NCBI GenBank assembly: GCA_002269645.1
Contig: NIVC01000264.1
Span: 248,001 to 312,000 of the forward strand
Direction of reading: 5' to 3'
DNA from: Macrostomum lignano
Lineage: Eukaryota
DNA: 64,000 nt
Of the stretch, positions 22,001 through 35,300 are shown in pieces. The notes below the pieces were generated by a model. The model saw only the letters and a program-made list of their open reading frames with translations. It had not been told where the DNA came from and searched no databases. A program made the position numbers and the translations under genes. Numbering within the stretch: position 1 is the stretch's first letter; each line of letters starts with the position of its first letter.

Positions 22001-23404
22001 TCATATGACGCGATGCGCATTGCAGAGCTCGGGTGGAGATGGCTCCGTCAGCCAGTGGAAACTGGACAGCGATGGAGAACAGAGTCTGGGACTGAAAGTC
22101 CGCATCAACTGTAGCGCACTGCAGAAGCTTCCAAAAAAAATCAGCTTCCAAGCCGCCAACCTCCAGGACTCAGCTGAGCTGACCTGCCCAATGCTTGCCA
22201 CCATCCAATCTCTCACTGGTGTCCTCGCAGCATCCGCCATCTGTAGCGCCGGTCTGGTCTTCCTCAGTGCAACCATCGCAGCTCTGGTAAATGATAAGCC
22301 TCTCCTTGAGTCAGTTCTCGTCACAGACACACACTAGTTAACTTACTACGTAGATTGCTTGAAAAAAACATGAAACACCTAAATACAGCGCGTGTGCATG
22401 GCGAGCAAGAGATAAGAGGAATGGTGTCCCTGCCCCCAGCCAGGCCGATAAACAGTTAGGCGCTATGTCTAACCTTAACCTCTCTCCTTACTGCTCTCTC
22501 ATTGGCTGAGCTAGATTGGGCCTGCCCCCTAGGCTGAGTTCGTCCGTCTAACTTTCACCTCTCTCCTTACTGCTCTCTCATTGGCTGAGCTAGATTGGGC
22601 CTACCCCCCTAGGCTGAGTTTCGTCCGTCTAACTGTAACCTCTCTCCTTACTGCTCTCTCATTGGCTGGGCTAGATTGGGCCTACCCCCCTAGGCTGAGT
22701 TTCGTCCGTCTAACTTTAACCTCTCTCCTTACTGCTCTTTCATTGGCTGAGCTAGATTGGACCTACCCCCCCCCCTATGCTGAGTTTCCGTCCGTCTTGC
22801 ATTTACTGTGTACATGGAGTTAAACATTATCAACTCCATTATGCTGGTGAGGTCGGAAACCTCGAGGACGGAGAGGAAATTTTATCTGCGACAGAAAATT
22901 TAAGTGACACTGCGCAAAACAACTACTGAAAGAGTCGACGCTATATATATTTTTTTGCGAGTGGCATATCTATTTTTATATCTGCAGTTCTCGTGTACTA
23001 ATTGCACAATGCCCTGCGTTTCAGCGCAAGGCTCGGTCCAGCCACCTGCCAGCAGCCCCGCTAAACGTCAACTCAACTTGCATCGTGGACTCGGAGCTGC
23101 AAGCGGTTGCTGAAGAAGCTCCCGTACAAGGCGGGGTGAGTCTCTGCTAATGGGATAGCCATTGCTTTTTGGAATGCAAAAGACAGCGGGTCATTTGGCT
23201 TCGGTAGCGGCTGTCGGGTGCTGCTTAGATGTCAAGCAGATGGAGCCGCCTGCCCACCTCACCCGATTCCAGGCAGTCGGCAGCAGTGAACCGGAGTGCA
23301 GCTACCTCACTGTGGCCGCCGCTGCACCCGCTGGTCAGGCTAAGCTGCGCGACTCCGACAGCGAATGCACCGAGTTCATCGAGATTGTGGCTGACGGCGA
23401 CTGA
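19044..23404 (+). CDS. F-type-lectin/Ig receptor copy C (complete; 3 Ig; YLTV-type tail)
   Basis: 11 GT-AG exons: 19044-19119 (MQMPMWLLLLLLLLASSVSTSIRGD), 19209-19451, 19519-19733, 20253-20355, Ig 20473-20703, Ig 20911-21144, Ig 21459-21692, 21785-21954, 22026-22286 (TM), 23025-23135 (starts RK), 23273-23404 (...EPECSYLTV...). Phases are consistent. Confidence 0.85.
22462..22795 (+). repeat. ~80-bp tandem repeat (about 4 copies) in intron 9 of copy C
   Basis: ATTGGCTGAGCTAGATTGGGCC... recurs at 22501, 22580, 22661 and ~22742. Confidence 0.85.
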
Positions 23405-24249
23405 CTCAGCTGGGGTGCTGCTGGTTGGAGAGCAAGCAATGAACTAAACATTTAACATTTCACTCCGGCATCTGAAATTGATCTTGAATGGATCTAAGAT
23501 CCTAATGATCTTAAATTACTCGCAATAAATGAGTTAATTCAGAAATCGTTAAAACAAAACATGGTTGTTAAGTGGAAATACAAACTGGAAAATATCGAGC
23601 ATCTGGAGGCTGCAGGCCCATGGAGTTCTTTGGTGAACATTTAAGAGTGGCGCATTAGCTTCCTTTATAATGAATATGTTGCGTTCATAATGGATTTTTT
23701 TCTGCTAAATCAATTGGTATTTTACTATTTAGTCTAGTGTTTAAGAAAACTTTGAAATAATTTTCACGTTCAAGCTTTTGTTTATCAAAGCGTCAAAAAA
23801 AATTCAATCATGAATTCTGTCAGATTCGTCGCGCAAAGTCTTCGACATCCGTGAATTTGGTTCTTGTTTATAAATTAGTGTCTATTTTTACTTGTCAACC
23901 ACAGTAAGCTGCGCCGAATGCATCCAAATTAGTGAATGTTTAGAACGGAGGCGCTGTCCGATTTCTGACTGGAACAAACACTTATTAACCTCAGTTAAAC
24001 TGGTTGCAATTGCAAGTGGTGAATGAGTTTAAGATTCCTGCAGGGTATTCTTGGCAGCAGTTGGCTATATTCGGACGGTAACATCAACTGGGCGGGCTAG
24101 GAATGCATATGCTGTGAATCACGTGACCGTCCGAAAGACTTTAAACAAAAGATCGCTAATTTAAGTTTTTTTTCGAAAAATTTTCCGAATACGTCGCCGC
24201 CAACAAGACACTTCAGAAGAGAATAAAATCTTGAAGAAAGTACTTGTCA

Positions 24250-27200
24250 ATGAGATCCTGGCTCCGTTTGATGTCGCTGCTGATGGCATCGGTGAGCGCT
24301 ACAGTCTACGGAGACTGTAAGTCTGTGCTTGCTACTGAATCTCATGCTATGCTAAAACAAATTACCAATTTGTGCTTGACTTCCTGTGCTCACCATTGCA
24401 GGTGAGTTCCCGATTCGCCAGAGCCGCGTCCTGAGCACCTGGCAGTCGTCCTTTGATGACGGCCAAACTTGCTTTTACAACAGAAGCCGCACTGATGAGG
24501 AATCCGTGCTCAAAAACAAAACCTTTAGCTACCGGTTCTTCCACAGCAAAGGCCAGAACTCAGCGGACGGCGGGTTTCACTGGTTCGCAGTGCAGCTGAA
24601 TGAGCCACTGCTCATCAGATCTGTGACTGTGAAGGGCAGAGAGGGTGAGTCACTCACTCAAATGCGTGCTCCAAGTCTGCTGTCTCTGCTCACGGTGGTC
24701 TCGCATTCCAGATGACAAATCGCATGTCTTTGATAGAGCCAGAGGCATTGAGATCTGGACTTCAGACAGCAGCAGTCAGCTGTTCTCAGGAGAGCATTGC
24801 AGCTCAAGGAGCATGAGCAGCCAGTTCAGAGAGTCCCAGCAGCACTGGAGACTGTGTGGGGTCACGGAGAGCAACAATTCACAGATCATAGCTGGAGAGA
24901 TCTTCACAGTGAACTGCGTTGCAGAGGTGAGATTACAGATCGAGATATTTTTACAATAAAATCTAAAAAATCGGAGGGCGTGATTAACTCCAAATTATAT
25001 GATTGTAAAATGCATAAAAAAGGAACTCTCTTGACCTGAAATACATTTCGATACTCCCAAATCTGTCTGATAAAGTGGTGGCATCTCGTAACGCATTTTG
25101 TTTTATCATTCGATTCTCTCAACTTTAGACAAGGCAGCTGCTGCTCAGAAGAAACATTACGTCAGCCGATGCATCGAGCTCTCACGATTTCATGAGCTTT
25201 GCAGATTTCAGGCTTCAAACATTTCAGCTGGGTGAGTTCCCAACTCTGATGTGCAGTTTTGATTGAGGATAGTGTCGAAATATGAAGATGAATGCTTTAA
25301 ATTTCATCAAGAAGAAGCTCTTAATAAGCCATGTTAACAAATTACAGAAGCCTCAAAAGCTGAGTTGGTGGCGGAGAACTCCAGCTTCTCAGTGAGCTGC
25401 GCACTGCGATGCAGCGGCCCACCGGACGCCACGTCAAGGGATCTGCAGCTCTGCTCTCCAAACGGCAGCTGCACTGCATCACAGGAGCTGCGGGTTCCCA
25501 GAGCGCAGCCTCAGCACACTGGAAGCTACACCTGCAGACTGGGCTCTGTGGCGACTCGGACTTCGGTCACCGTGCTGTGTAAGTTCTTTTAACTTTACAC
25601 TTTGATGCAGTATGTCAACAATGTCATTAATTAGCAGGAGTAGACGGATTAAGTTTTTTTCAATAAAATTCGAATTTGCTGTTTAGTTAGAAACAATCTT
25701 TGCAGACCCGCCGTCGAACGTGTCAGTCCCAGTGCTGCACTGTCAGAGTCAGTCAGCTGCGATGGTGCAGTTCGCATCGTCGGCATCTGAGCCGGCGCCT
25801 GAGCACAGATGCAGCGCTGAGTCTGTTGGTAGAATGACAGCGCAGGATCTTACTCTTCAGTCACTGGTATGTTTCCTGTATGCCCTGCTCTGATAGATCC
25901 TGTGTTTTTGGAGAATCACAATACAGTATACTGATGCGGCATTGCAGAACTCAAACGAGAGCGGCTCCTTTAGTCAGTGGAAGCTGGACATTGGCCGGGA
26001 TTGGCCCAATGACGGGACTGTACTCATCAACTGCAGTGCTCTGCTGCGACAGAATCTCAGTTTCCACTTGTTCCATTCAGACACTGTGCAACTCAACTGC
26101 TCAACGGCTGTTACCATAGCAGCCCCGATCCTCTTCAGTGTCGGACTGACCCTCTTAGCTGTTGTATCAACTGCTTTGGCGGTGTTGGTGAGTCAGGAAA
26201 AACACTGCTTTAGCGTTTGCTTATTTCACAATGAGTGACGACTCTTGCAACAGTTTCAGCGCAAGGTTTGTCGGTCAAGAGACGAGCCGCCAGCAACTGG
26301 ATTGAGTCCAAACTCAAGCTGCATCGTGGCCTCCGACATTCGAATAGTTGCTGACCAAGCTCCAGTGGAACGAGAGACTCCTGTGAGTCTGGCTTGTAAT
26401 TATTATTATTAGCTCGTAAGGTGATACTGAACGAGGTATGGCCGCAGCTATTGCGCGGCGCATCTGAAGGCTGCGTACGGCTGTTCAGTCCAAGGACTGG
26501 GGGGTCGCCACACGCCCTCAATTACCCCAGCTAATGCTGGCACCCATTTTACAGCTGGGTGAATTGAAGCAACGCAGAGTTAAGTTGAGTTAAGTTATTC
26601 GCAGAGGACGCAAATTGTTCCAAGTGGGTCGAGACTCGAACCCCCGACCTTTCAGTCGTGAGTGCGACGCTCTGACCACTAGGCTACAACTTCTTAAGCG
26701 TAAATGCAATCTAAACATACTCTTATAATTTTTCTATTTCTCTCAGCAAAACACAGCCTCTTAACTTTTTTAAGAGGCAAAAATTCCAGTTATTTTTTTT
26801 GTATGTATATATTATCCTTACCAGCTGCACTGGGTGAAAGTGCATCGGAGTGGGTGACCTCTCATTGGAGTGGGTAACCTCTCATTAGAGTGGGTGCCAT
26901 CTCATTGGAGTGGGTACCATCTCATTGGAGTGGGTGACCTCTCATTGGAGTGGGTGACCTCTCATTGGAGTGGGTAACCTCTCACTGGAGTGGGTGCCAT
27001 CTCATTGTAGTGGGTGGCATCTCATTGGAGTGGATGCCATCTTATTGGAGTGGATGCCATCTCATTGGAGTGGGTACCATCTCATTGGAGTGGGTGGCAT
27101 CTCATCGGAGTGGGTGCCATCTCATTGGAGTGGGTGCCATCTCATTGGAGTGGGTGCCATCTCATTGGAGTGGGTGCCATCTCACTGGAGTGGGTGCCAT

Positions 27201-27706
27201 CTCATTGGACTGGGTGCCATCTCATTGGAGTGGGTGCCATCTCATTGGAGTGGGTGCCATCTCATTGGACTGGGTGCCATCTCATTGGAGTGGGTGCCAT
27301 CTCATTGGAGTGGGTGCCATCTCATTGTAGTGGGTGCCACCTCACTGGAGTGGTGCCATCTCATTGTAGTGGGTGCCACCTTACTGTAGTGGGTGCCATC
27401 TCATTGTAGTGGGTGCCATCTCATTGTAGTGGGTGCCATCTCACTGGAGTGGGTGCCATCTCACTGGAGTGGGTGCCATCTCACTGGAGTGGGTGCCATC
27501 TCACTGGAGTGGGTGCCATCTCACTGGAGTGGGTGCCATCTCACTGGAGTGGGTGCCACCTCACCCGATTCCAGGCAGTCGGCAGCAGTGAACCGGAGTG
27601 CAGCTACCTCACTGTGGCCGCCGCTGCACCAGCTGGTGAGGCTGAGCTGCGCGACTCCGACAGCGACTGCACAGAGTTCATCGAGATTGTGGCTGACGGC
27701 GACTGA
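24250..27706 (+). CDS. F-type-lectin/Ig receptor copy D (complete; 1 Ig; YLTV-type tail)
   Basis: Exons 24250-24316, 24402-24644, 24712-24926, 25129-25231, Ig 25348-25578, 25706-25866, 25948-26187 (TM APILFSVGLTLLAVVSTALAVL), 26260-26382, 27575-27706. Open and phase-consistent. Confidence 0.85.
26397..26690 (-). mobile_element. Family-1 tRNA/CORE-like SINE in the last intron of copy D
   Basis: Minus strand TAGCCTAGTGGTCAGAGCG (A box) and GGTTCGAGTC (B box); body matches 6920-7167; (AAT)n tail. Confidence 0.75.
26844..27562 (+). repeat. 20-bp minisatellite (CTCATTGGAGTGGGTGCCAT)n
   Basis: Direct reading; runs up to the 3' splice region of the last exon of copy D. Confidence 0.95.
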
Positions 27707-28299
27707 TTGAACTGGTTGCTTATCAAGGAACTGCTGGCTGAAAAGCATGGAAGTGACGTGGATCTACACTTTTTAAAAATAATTAACCCTGCTGTGAAAT
27801 CGCTTTTTAGTTGGAAAGCAAAATACCGTATTCATTAATTCGAAGGTAAGAAAAATTAAACGTATCAACATTCATTCTACCAATTTTAAAATTAGTCGAA
27901 ATGTGTTTAGAGTATTACTAAAAATAGGCACAGATCTAAACCGCGTATTAAACACTGACAACGCTTAATTTCGTTATTCGAGAAGTGCAGAATGCGACAG
28001 GATTGTCATACATTAATCTATTTATCAAGCTTTGCATACTGTATATGTATTCCATTTCTTCACGGCTGTCTTGCTGATGTGCCCTTGAATATCCCCGTAG
28101 AATATAATTAGTATGGCTGCATGCCGAGTAAGATTTCGATGAACCTCGGTCGCCACTTTCTGTTATTCAGGCTGCACTACACAAATAGTCACAGGTGAAT
28201 GTTTGAGTGCAGATGCACCTGTCTGCTTTCTGAATTGCAGCAACATTGCTGGGTTCGAATCAGAATGTTTTCAGCCTCCCACAGAGGCTGTCAGTACTT

Positions 28300-28950
28300 C
28301 TCAGATGTGTTAGCATTCAACGGATGTCAGTATTTTACGTGTCAGCATCCCTCAGATGTGTCAGCATCACACAGATGTGTCAGCATCCCTCATATGTGTC
28401 AGCATCACACAGATTTGTCAGCATCCCTCAGATGTCAGCATCCTCAGATGTGTCAGCATCCCTCAGATGTGTCAACATCCCTCAGATGTGTCAGCATCCC
28501 TCAGATGTGTCAGCATCCCTCATGTGTCAGCATCCCTTAGACGTGTCAGCATCACACAGATGTGCCAGCATCTCACAGATGTGCCAGCATCTCACAGATG
28601 TGTCAGCATCTCACAGATGTGCCAGCATCTTACAGATGTGTCAGCAACCCACAGATGTGTCAGCATCTCACAGATGTGTCAGCATCTCACAGATGTGTCA
28701 GCAACCCACAGATGTGTCAGGATCCCATAGATGTGTCAGGATCCCACAGATGTGTCAGCATCCCACATGTATATGTCAGCATCCCACATATGATGTCAGT
28801 GGTTTTCAGATGTGTCAGCATCACACAGATTTGTCAGCATCCCTCAGATGTCAGTATCCCACAGATGTGTCAGCATCCCACATGTATGTGTCAGCATCCC
28901 ACATGTATGTGTCAGCATCCCACATATGATGTCAGTGGTTCTCAGATGTG
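28300..28950 (+). repeat. Degenerate ~20-bp minisatellite (CAGATGTGTCAGCATCCCT-like)
   Basis: Direct reading. Confidence 0.9.
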
Positions 28951-29341
28951 TGAGCACCTCATTGAATTTGAAAGTACTTATGACAAGCCTGCAACAAAAA
29001 TACATTAAATAATGATTTAAACGACTTAAAAACTAAAGCCAAAGTCTTTGCAGAACAAAGTTAAACTTACAAAAGCAGATGCTCAAGCAGCAGGGCATAC
29101 AGTTATATTAAAGCATATTATTGAAAGCTAGAGTAACAATTAAAAAACATAAGAAGCAACTCAGTAAAATGAAGCCCTGTTAACATTCGGGAATAATTCA
29201 GCAGAGTATCTCATTCAGAAGCCAATCTCGCAGCTATGTTGCAGAGAATTCCGCAAAACAAACGGGATTTGAAGAAACTGGGATTAAATTTGTTAGCAAC
29301 CGTCCGAGGTCAAAATGCTGTTTCACATTTCGAAGCCATAA

Positions 29342-32300
29342 TCAGCTGGCGCTGGCCGCGGCTCCAGCCTTGACGGTTGGCACCGGCAGGTGCAGCAGTT
29401 CGCACAGGCGGTTGCGCACAGGTCTCACCTTCTCCAGGGCCTCCTCCCAGACCGTCTCCAGCAGCAGGCTGCTCACCTTAGATGAGAAAAAAGATGCAAT
29501 GCACATACTTGACTAGGGAATCCCAATATGTACATACTTGACTAGGGAATCCCAATATGTACATACTTGACTAGGGAATCCCAATATGTACATACTTGAC
29601 TAGGGAATCCCAATATGTACATACTTGACTAGGGAATCCCAATATGTACATACTTGACTAAGGAATCCCAATATGTACATACTTGACTAGGGAATCCCAA
29701 TATGTACATACTTGACTAGGGAATCCCAATATGTACATACTTGACTAGGGAATCCCAATATGTACATACTTGACTAGGGAATCCCAATATGTACATACTT
29801 GACTAGGGAATCCCAATATGTACATACTTGACTAGGGAATCCCAATATGTACATACTTGACTAAGGAATCCCAATATGTACATACTTGACTAAGGAACCC
29901 CAATATGTACATACTTGACTAGGGAATCCCAATATGTACATACGAGGGATGTTCCATAAGTACTTATACTTTTGCATGCTGCTCAGGAACTACGCAACCA
30001 ATCATTGTAAGTTTTATGTCGCTGGAAAGCGGCTTTACTCATCTTTAATCTGTCGCCAAAATCATTTCGTTCTGTCAACTATGTCAAAAGTTACAACAAA
30101 AAACGTAGTCAAAGGTCACCCATAGACTTACAAGAAATTTAAAGAGCAACAACTACAATGGCAAGCATGAAAACAGAGGCGCGTTGTTGATGACAGAAAG
30201 TTTGACTTCTTTGTCACTCATCCTCAGTCGGTACCGACACCTTCTCAACGTAGTTTCCACCGGAGTTGATGCACTTGGTCCACCTGTTAAACATGCTTTT
30301 GATGGCTTCTGCGTACAGCTGTCGGGGGATGACATACAGCAGAATTCTGCGGACTTCCTCCTCGATCTGGTTCCTGGTCTCGTACACGCGTCCTTTCAGA
30401 TGGCGCTTCAACTCTGGAAATAAAGCAAAGTCTGCTGGTGCCAGGTCTGGAGAGTAAGGAGGGTGAGGTAGAAGATGGAGCTTCAGCTTGCTGATTGCCT
30501 CGACTGTCTTTTGTGCTGTATGAGGCCTTGCATTGTCATGATGAAGAATGAAAGGTCTGGGATTTTCACGACGCTTGTTCTGGATGTCATGATGCAGCTT
30601 TGTTAGCGTTTCAACGTAGCGCTCAGAGTTTATTGTAGTGTTTGGCTCCAAAAACTCGACAGTTAGAGGACCATTGCAGTCGAAAAACAGAGACAGCATG
30701 ATCTTCTTTCCATGTGCGTCCCTTTGAGCTTTTACCGGAGGATTGGTCCTTCCTGCTTCGAACTGCTCAACCCAGTTGTAGACGGTCATCCTGCTCACCG
30801 CATTAGCTCCATGAATGTTGCATAAATCCGCATAAATCTCTGATCGCTTTTTTCCGAGTTTCCAGAGGGTAAAAATTGCAGCGCGCTGTCCTTCCCTTGA
30901 GTTCACATCCATGGTGATGCAGCAGCAGCCAAGGTGGTGAAACTTTACAAGATTAAGATGCTGTGATCTTAAGATTAAGATGCTGTGAAAGCTTAGGCCA
31001 GTATTTTCCATAGACGAAAAGGGTGTGGCATTCGCTTATGAAGCAAAAAAGAATGCATTATGTAGAATCCGAAATAACTCTGCGTGCTGAACTTTGAAGT
31101 TTTGATTTTGAAAATTTCTTGTAAGTCTATGGGTGACCTTTGACTACGTTTTTTGTTGTAACTTTTGACATAGTTGACAGAACGAAATGATTTTGGCGAC
31201 AGATTAAAGATGAGTAAAGCCGCTTTCCAGCGACATAAAACTTACAATGATTGGTTGCGTAGTTCCTGAGCAGCATGCAAAAGTATAAGTACTTATGGAA
31301 CATCCCTCGTACTTGACTAAGGAACCCTAATATGTACATACTTGACTAAGGAATCCCAATATGTACATACTTGACTAAGGAACCCCAATATGTACATACT
31401 TGACTAAGGAACCCCAATATGTACATACTTGACTAAGGAATCCCAATATGTACATACTTGACTAAGGAATCCCAATATGTACATACTTTACTAGGGACTA
31501 CCCCGATAGTTACCTCATCGACAGTCTCCACTGGCACAACCGAGTCAAACAGCAGCACAGCCTCGTACAGCTTGGAAGCGGCATTGCGCCTCACCACTGG
31601 GTACTTGTGGCCCAGATGCAGCATCAGCGGCTTCAGCGCCCGGTCTGGCGGAGGAAACTGCAGCGCCGCGGTCAGCGTGTCCTGAGCGATGAGCAGTTTG
31701 CTCCAGTTGGTGCAGCCGGCGACCTCGGCCTTGACCAGAGTCACCACGTTGTCCAGCAGTCGCTGGGCGTCCACCTCGTCGGCCAGCAGCAGCCTCTCGG
31801 AGATGAAGGCGTCACGCAGCAGGCAGGTGAGGCTGCGCATGGCGGGCACCGTCAGGCGGTCCTGCCTGGCCCGCTCCTCCAGCAGGCGGGCGTGCAGGCG
31901 CAACACCTCTAGGGGGAAGCCCGGCTCGGACTGCAGTGGAAGAGGAATTCATGGGGATTGCGCTGCCGGAAATGAGGACTGAGAAACTGAGGATCTGGGA
32001 GGTTGGCCCAGCAAATGCCACTCTGGGAGGCTGGCCCAGCAAATGAGGATCTGGGGAGGCCGGCTCCAGCAACTGAGGATCTGGGTCCTGGGAGGCTGGC
32101 CCAGAAACTGAGGATCTGGGAGGATGTACATGAGTGAGGATCTGGGAATGGTGGCTCAGCAACTGAGGATCTGGGAGGCTGGCCTAGCAACTGAAGATCT
32201 GGGAGGCTGGTCTAGCAACTGAAGATCTGGGAGGCTGGCCTAGCAACTGAAGATCTGGGAGGCTGGCCTAGCAACTGAAGATCTGGGAGGCTGGCCTAGC

Positions 32301-35300
32301 AACTGAAGATCTGGGAGGCTGGCCTAGCAACTGAGGATCTGGGAGGCTGGCCCAGAAACTGAGGATCTGGGAGGCTGGCCCAGAAACTGAGGATCTGGGA
32401 GGATGTACATAAGTGAGGATCTGGGAATGGTGGCTCAGCAACTGAGGATCTGGGAGGCTGGCCTATCAACTGAAGATCTGGGAGGCTGGCCTAGCAACTG
32501 AAGATCTGGGAGGCTGGCCTAGCAACTGAAGATCTGGGAGGCTGGCCTAGCAACTGAGGATCTGGGAGGCTGGCCCAGCAACTGAGGATCTGGGAGGCTG
32601 GCCCAGCGACTGAAGATCTGGGAGGCTGGCCCAGCAACTGAGGATCTGGGAGGCTGGCCCAGCAACTGAGGATCTGGGAGGCTGGCCCAGCAACTGAGGA
32701 TCTGGGAGGCTGGCCCAGCAACTGAGGATCTGGGAGGCTGGCCCAGAAACTGAGGATCTGGGAGGCTGGCCCAGCAGGATCTGGGGTCAGTGAACAAAGG
32801 CAGCTCGGCAGAACCTACCTGGGCACAGTCGGCCACCACAGTCAGCAGGGCATCGCTGGCGGCTCGCTCGGTGCTCTCTGTGAGGCCGCCCACGCTGACC
32901 ACGAGGCCGGTGAGCAGGGCGTAGCGGAACCTGGCGTTCGGCACGCTGCCCAGCAGAGGCGCCAGCGCCGGGAAGGCATCGCTCGGGTTGGCCCAGTTGA
33001 AGGAGGCTGCAGCTCCGTCGCCGTCGCCGCCGGATGCCTCGGCCGCTGGCAGGCCGGCCAACATCTGGCGCAGCGCCGCAGGCGCCAGCCTTTCAGGCAG
33101 GGCGGCCACGGTTCGGCGAAGAGATTCGCCGGCGACTCGGCGCATCCGGTCGATTTTCTCTGCCGCCTGCTGCACCAGGCCGCAGAACAGGTCCTCCGCT
33201 AGGCCTGTGTGCGGTTTCATGTACTCAATATGCTACTTATAGCGACCAAAACTCAATACCTGCGCTGGTTATATGATAGCATATGATAGTACTTACAGTA
33301 GCATATACTAGCATTTACAGTAGTATATAATAGTACTTACAACAGCATATGATAGTACTTACAATAACATATGATAGTAATTACAGTAACATATGATAGT
33401 ACTTACAGTAACATATGATAGTAATTACAGTAGGATATGATAGTACTTACAGTAACATATGATAGTAATTACAGTAGGATATGAGAGTACTTACAGTAAC
33501 ATATGATAGTACTTACAGTAGTATACGATAGTACTTGCAATAGCATATACTAATACTTAAAGTAGAATAAACTTATATACTTACACTAATTACTGCTTTC
33601 AGTAGCATACATCAACACTTACAGTAGCATGCACTACTATTCATAGTAGCACAAAACTACTTATAGCACTAAACATAAAGCATTTCGCTGTACCTGGCGA
33701 CACCCGGTTAGCGATACGTGGCCCGGACAGGCACACCAGATCAGCTATGCCGCACAGGGCCGCCTCCCGGGTGAGGCTGCCCACATCGCCCCGCTGGTCC
33801 ACCGTGTAGTCAGTCAGGCCAGCCAGCAGGCACCGGGCGGCCCTGTCAAACACTCCGAGCAGCTGCTTATCCTCAGCATCCGTAGCCGCTGCTGGCGATG
33901 AGGCGGAAGCTGAAGCGAATGACAGGCAGGCGGACACGAGGGCGCGCAGAGCCGCCCGTCTGGCGTAGGCCCAGGTGCGTGTGTCCACTGCGGTTCGGGC
34001 GCTACTGCAGCTGGAGCAGTCGGCCAGGCAGTCGAGAACCCGGTCTAGCAGGGCCGCCTGCTCAGCTGAGCTGCCCGATGCTGATTGGTGGCGATAGTAT
34101 GAGCTGGGCAGCTGGCCCAGGGCTGAGCAGTGGCCAGCCCGGTGAGACTCCTGCGAGGCCGACAGCGCCTCGGTGCAGTACCTGTGCAGGTTGGGGCACG
34201 GCAGGCACAAGGACTACTCGTACTTAAGTATCGTTTATAGAAGGACGCTGCACTCGCGGTTCGTGTAATTTTTTTTGAAGGCCAATTTTCGCCGAAAAAT
34301 ACATTAACGAGATACAAAAAATTCACGATTTTCATCTTCAATGGCTTGCTCAGACTGACTACAACCCTGCTGAAAAGAAAAAACTGCTGAAACTTATCAA
34401 AAAGACCTAGTGTATTCGCTCCTCTATTGTATTTCGCCAAGTTAGTGTCCTTGACACGTTTACTTTTAAATACTTCGTATTTTTTCGAGGGTTTTCAATT
34501 CTGTAATGTTAAATGTTAAAGGTTGGATTAAAGTGTTAGTTTCTCTCAATAATCAGTAGTTTCTTTAGCATTCTATGATGACTGCTTTCTATGTCTTTAT
34601 TTTTTTGGTAAATTTAAATTAGCTATAGACATTCTATATTAAATGTTAGTCTATACCCTGGCTATGCCTGATATATAATAATATCTAGGGCCTACTATGC
34701 TTTTTTAGCATGTTCTACAAAAATGTTGTGTAGAAAGGACCTACTGATTAGTTTATGAGTAGATCGTTATAAAGTATTATTCTTAATTTGAAGGTAGATA
34801 GATATTAGATACTTGCATATTGTATAGAAGGTACTAATTTTACTATTCTGTCAAATATCTGTAGATTAGGCTTCTTAAACGGTTCTACTGGATACAAAAG
34901 TTCTATTTTCAGACTTGTCTTGAAACTTTATATTTTATTTAAATGATAGGCCTAACAACATATTGAATTTATTTCTGCTGTTTGGAGAGCAGTTTTTTAA
35001 CCTAGTCTAGTTTAATGGAACCAAGATATATTCAATACTCAGGCCTTGCATTGAATTTAAAATATAAATATTTATATATAGAAAGTGATTCTAAAGGAAA
35101 ATGCGTATAATAGACTTTAGAAGACAAATTTTCAACTTTAGTAATACTATTGAAGTGATTTAGTATAGAATTGATTATATTGGCCTGTTGGGATAAAAGC
35201 AATACAGTATTGTAGCAATTTTTTTACTAGATATAATGTATAGAAGCTGTATATATTTCTTTTTGTTAGCTTCAGAATTTCTGCAATGCCAATGAAATGC

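Larger units (their letters stand above)
29503..31497 (+). repeat. 29-bp minisatellite (TACATACTTGACTAGGGAATCCCAATATG)n, interrupted by the mariner
   Basis: Arrays at 29503-29942 and 31310-31497 in the last TBCD intron. Confidence 0.95.

Noticed and set aside
26600-26690. tRNA genes (also 6920, 17636, ~6285)
   Set aside because: A/B boxes continue into SINE bodies with tails/TSDs; no complete cloverleaf could be built.
26950-29012. Cys/His/Trp-rich repeat ORFs
   Set aside because: Derived from ~20-bp minisatellites in an intron and an intergenic region.
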